Shown piece after piece: positions 61,944 through 64,000 of a stretch of DNA of 64,000 bases. Location of the stretch: assembly GCF_020745735.1 (NCBI RefSeq), contig NC_083425.1:10217575-10281574 (forward strand), in the 5' to 3' direction. The stretch is from Hemiscyllium ocellatum (taxonomy: Eukaryota). Positions within the stretch are counted from its first letter, which is position 1. The number at the start of each line of letters is the position of its first letter. The position numbers and the translations under genes are program-made. The notes under the pieces were generated by a model. The model made no database searches and was not told the origin of the DNA. It worked only from the letters and a program-made list of their open reading frames with translations.

Positions 61944-62468
61944 CGGGTAAAAAATGAGGTCTGCAGATTAGATTAGATTAGACTTACAGTGTGGAAACAG
62001 GCCCTTCGGCCCAACAAGTCCACACCGACCCGCCGAAGCGCAACCCACCCATACCCCTACATTTACCCCTTACCTAACACTACGGGCAATTTAGCTTAGC
62101 CAATTCACCTGACCCGCACATCTTTGGACTGTGGGAGGAAACCGGAGCACCCGGAGGAAACCCACGCAGACACGGGGAGAACGTGCAAACTCCACACAGT
62201 CAGTCGCCTGAGTCGGGAATTGAACCCGGGTCTACAGGCGCTGTGAGGCAGCAGTGCTAACCACTGTGCCACCGTGATGCTGGAGATCACAGCTGAAAAT
62301 GTGTTGCTGGTTAAAGCACAGCAGGTCAGGCAGCATCCAAGGAACAGGAAATTCGACGTTTCGGGCCAGAGCCCTTCATCAGGAATCAGCTTATGCCCGA
62401 AACGTCGAATTTCCTGTTCCTTGGATGCTGCCTGACCTGCTGTGCTTTAACCAGCAACACATTTTCAG
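61944..62468. mobile_element. Penelope-like hairpin element split by a young HE1 SINE (61969-62275, minus)
   Basis: 14-bp TSD CCACCCTGAACCAT (61930-61943, 62469-62482); ctgcagat|SINE|gatgctgg junction. Confidence 0.9.
62350..62387 (-). ncRNA. Minimal type I hammerhead ribozyme motif, best-formed copy
   Basis: GATTC-CTGATGA-A-GGGC-TCTG-GCCC-GAAA-CGTC-GAATT: 5-bp stem I, 4-bp stem II, GUC cleavage triplet, ACGU palindrome. Confidence 0.78.
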
Positions 62469-62930
62469 CCACCCTGAACCATAAACACTTCCTGTCTCCA
62501 ACAAAAAATGGACTCAGAAACAGATTCACAGGAACGCTACAGAAACTGAGAGGCCGTATCGTTCACAAAAGACTGTACATTTGGTGGTGGGTGGGGGGCG
62601 GCTTCCATTCTCGGAAAAGAGAACTAACTCGATAGAGACGGTCAAGGCAACAAAAGTTGTTGATAACTTTGATTTTGGGTTTTTTTCTTAGACAGAATGT
62701 TTCTACTTGTGGAAGACCAAGACTAAGGACAGCAATATAACCAATCCACAAATCCAAAAGGGCAGTCAGGTGAAATGCCTTTACCCAGAGAGTGGCTGGA
62801 CTGGGGAACCTGCTGCAGCAAAAGGGTGGTTGAGACGTGAGGGTGAGTCCTTCAAAGGGTGGGAGGCAAGTTACAGAGTTTTGACGAATCTGTTCGGACA
62901 CACCTCCGTGGTGGATGGGATTAGAACTCT

Positions 62931-63388
62931 GATTAGATTACTTACAGTGTGGAAACAGGCCCTTCGGCCCAACAAGTCCACACCGACCCGCCGAAGCGCA
63001 ACCCACCCATACCCCTACCTAACACTACGGGCAATTTAGCATGGCCAATTCACCTGACCCACACATCTTTGGACTGTGAGAGGAAACCAGAGCATCCAGA
63101 GGAAACCCACGCAGACATAGAGGGCACAGTCCAAAGATGTGCGGCTCAGGTGAATTGGCCATGCTAAATTGCCCGTAGTGTTAGGTAAGGGGTATGGGTG
63201 GGTTGCGCTTTGGCGGGTCGGTGTGGACTTGTTGGGCCGAAGGGCCTGTTTCCACACTGTAAGTAATCTAATATAAACACGGGGAGAACGTGCAAACTCC
63301 ACACAGTCAGTCGCCTGAGTCAGGAACTGAACCCGGGTCTCAGGCGCTGTGAGGCAGCAGTGCTAACCACTGTGCCATCGTGCCACCC
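62931..63388 (-). mobile_element. Young HE1 SINE with an antisense HE1 3' half inserted at ~63125-63273
   Basis: Host halves 62931-63117 and 63278-63388 are collinear; the insert is the reverse complement of 62932-63078. Confidence 0.9.
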
Positions 63389-63704
63389 ACAAATGATGCT
63401 AGCACAGATGCTAGCAATCCTGCTTCAAATAACTCATCTAACCTTTCAAGGCCTGCCCACAATCCACATATTCAAATCAGGAATATGATGGAATTCTCCC
63501 TACGAGCCTAGGATGAATGTTGTTCCAACAACACAAGATGATCTACACTATCCACAATAAAGTAGCTGCTTGACTGGCACCACATCCACAAGTATTCACA
63601 CTCTTCACTACCAATGCACAGTATAGCATTATAGACCAGCTTCAAAATGCACTGTAGAAATTCATCAAGGTCCTTAAACAGAACGTTTCAAACCTGTAAC
63701 TACT

Positions 63705-64000
63705 TGTTATGACACTGGATAAACCCCTCTGCTAATTTAAACCCAACACATAGAGAAGCTCATCTTGCGCCATAATCCGTTAAATTTCAAGAGGCAAAGA
63801 ACTATCCCATATTTCATTATTTAAAGAATAAGATTGTTAATTTTTACTTCAAGTCCAACAGAGAACATTAAAATAACTTTTTACAATTCTTTTCTCTTTA
63901 ACCTATCCTTTACCTCCCACTCTACAATACTGGTCCAACAAAAAAACCCGATTTAGATTTACAAAAAAAAACATGCTTCAAAACCAGTCAGCTCTGTCGA
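63705..64000 (-). mobile_element. Partial LTR-like element related to 4222-5483
   Basis: TGTTA..aacccctctg.taatt.aaacc start similar to 4222-4370. Confidence 0.55.

Overview
Eukaryotic, repeat-rich vertebrate DNA with several N gaps. The repeat content (tRNA-derived HE1/V-SINE copies with (AATCT)n tails, CR1/HER1-type LINE 3' ends, Penelope-like elements) points to a shark, probably an orectolobiform such as a bamboo or epaulette shark (inference). The only host gene I can support is the 3' half of a glucagon receptor (GCGR) on the minus strand: seven GT-AG exons of 160, 61, 70, 89, 139, 42 and 306 nt (60385 down to 47787), encoding 288 aa from TM3 to the C-terminus. Its 5' exons lie beyond position 64000. 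The rest is intron or intergenic sequence filled with SINEs, CR1/L2/Tx1/Rex1 LINE fragments, a decayed Gypsy element, solo LTRs and mini/microsatellites. The most notable signal is a dense population of short Penelope-derived insertions with 11-16 bp target-site duplications. They carry minimal hammerhead-ribozyme motifs (CUGANGA-A-stem II-GAAA-palindromic ACGU/AGCU), are often arranged as head-to-head hairpins, and show stem-II covariation between families. Two intact cores lie in sense orientation inside GCGR introns. Hammerheads in Penelope elements are known in general; whether these shark families are described needs a database check. Repeat-family names and protein comparisons are from recognition and memory, not from searches.
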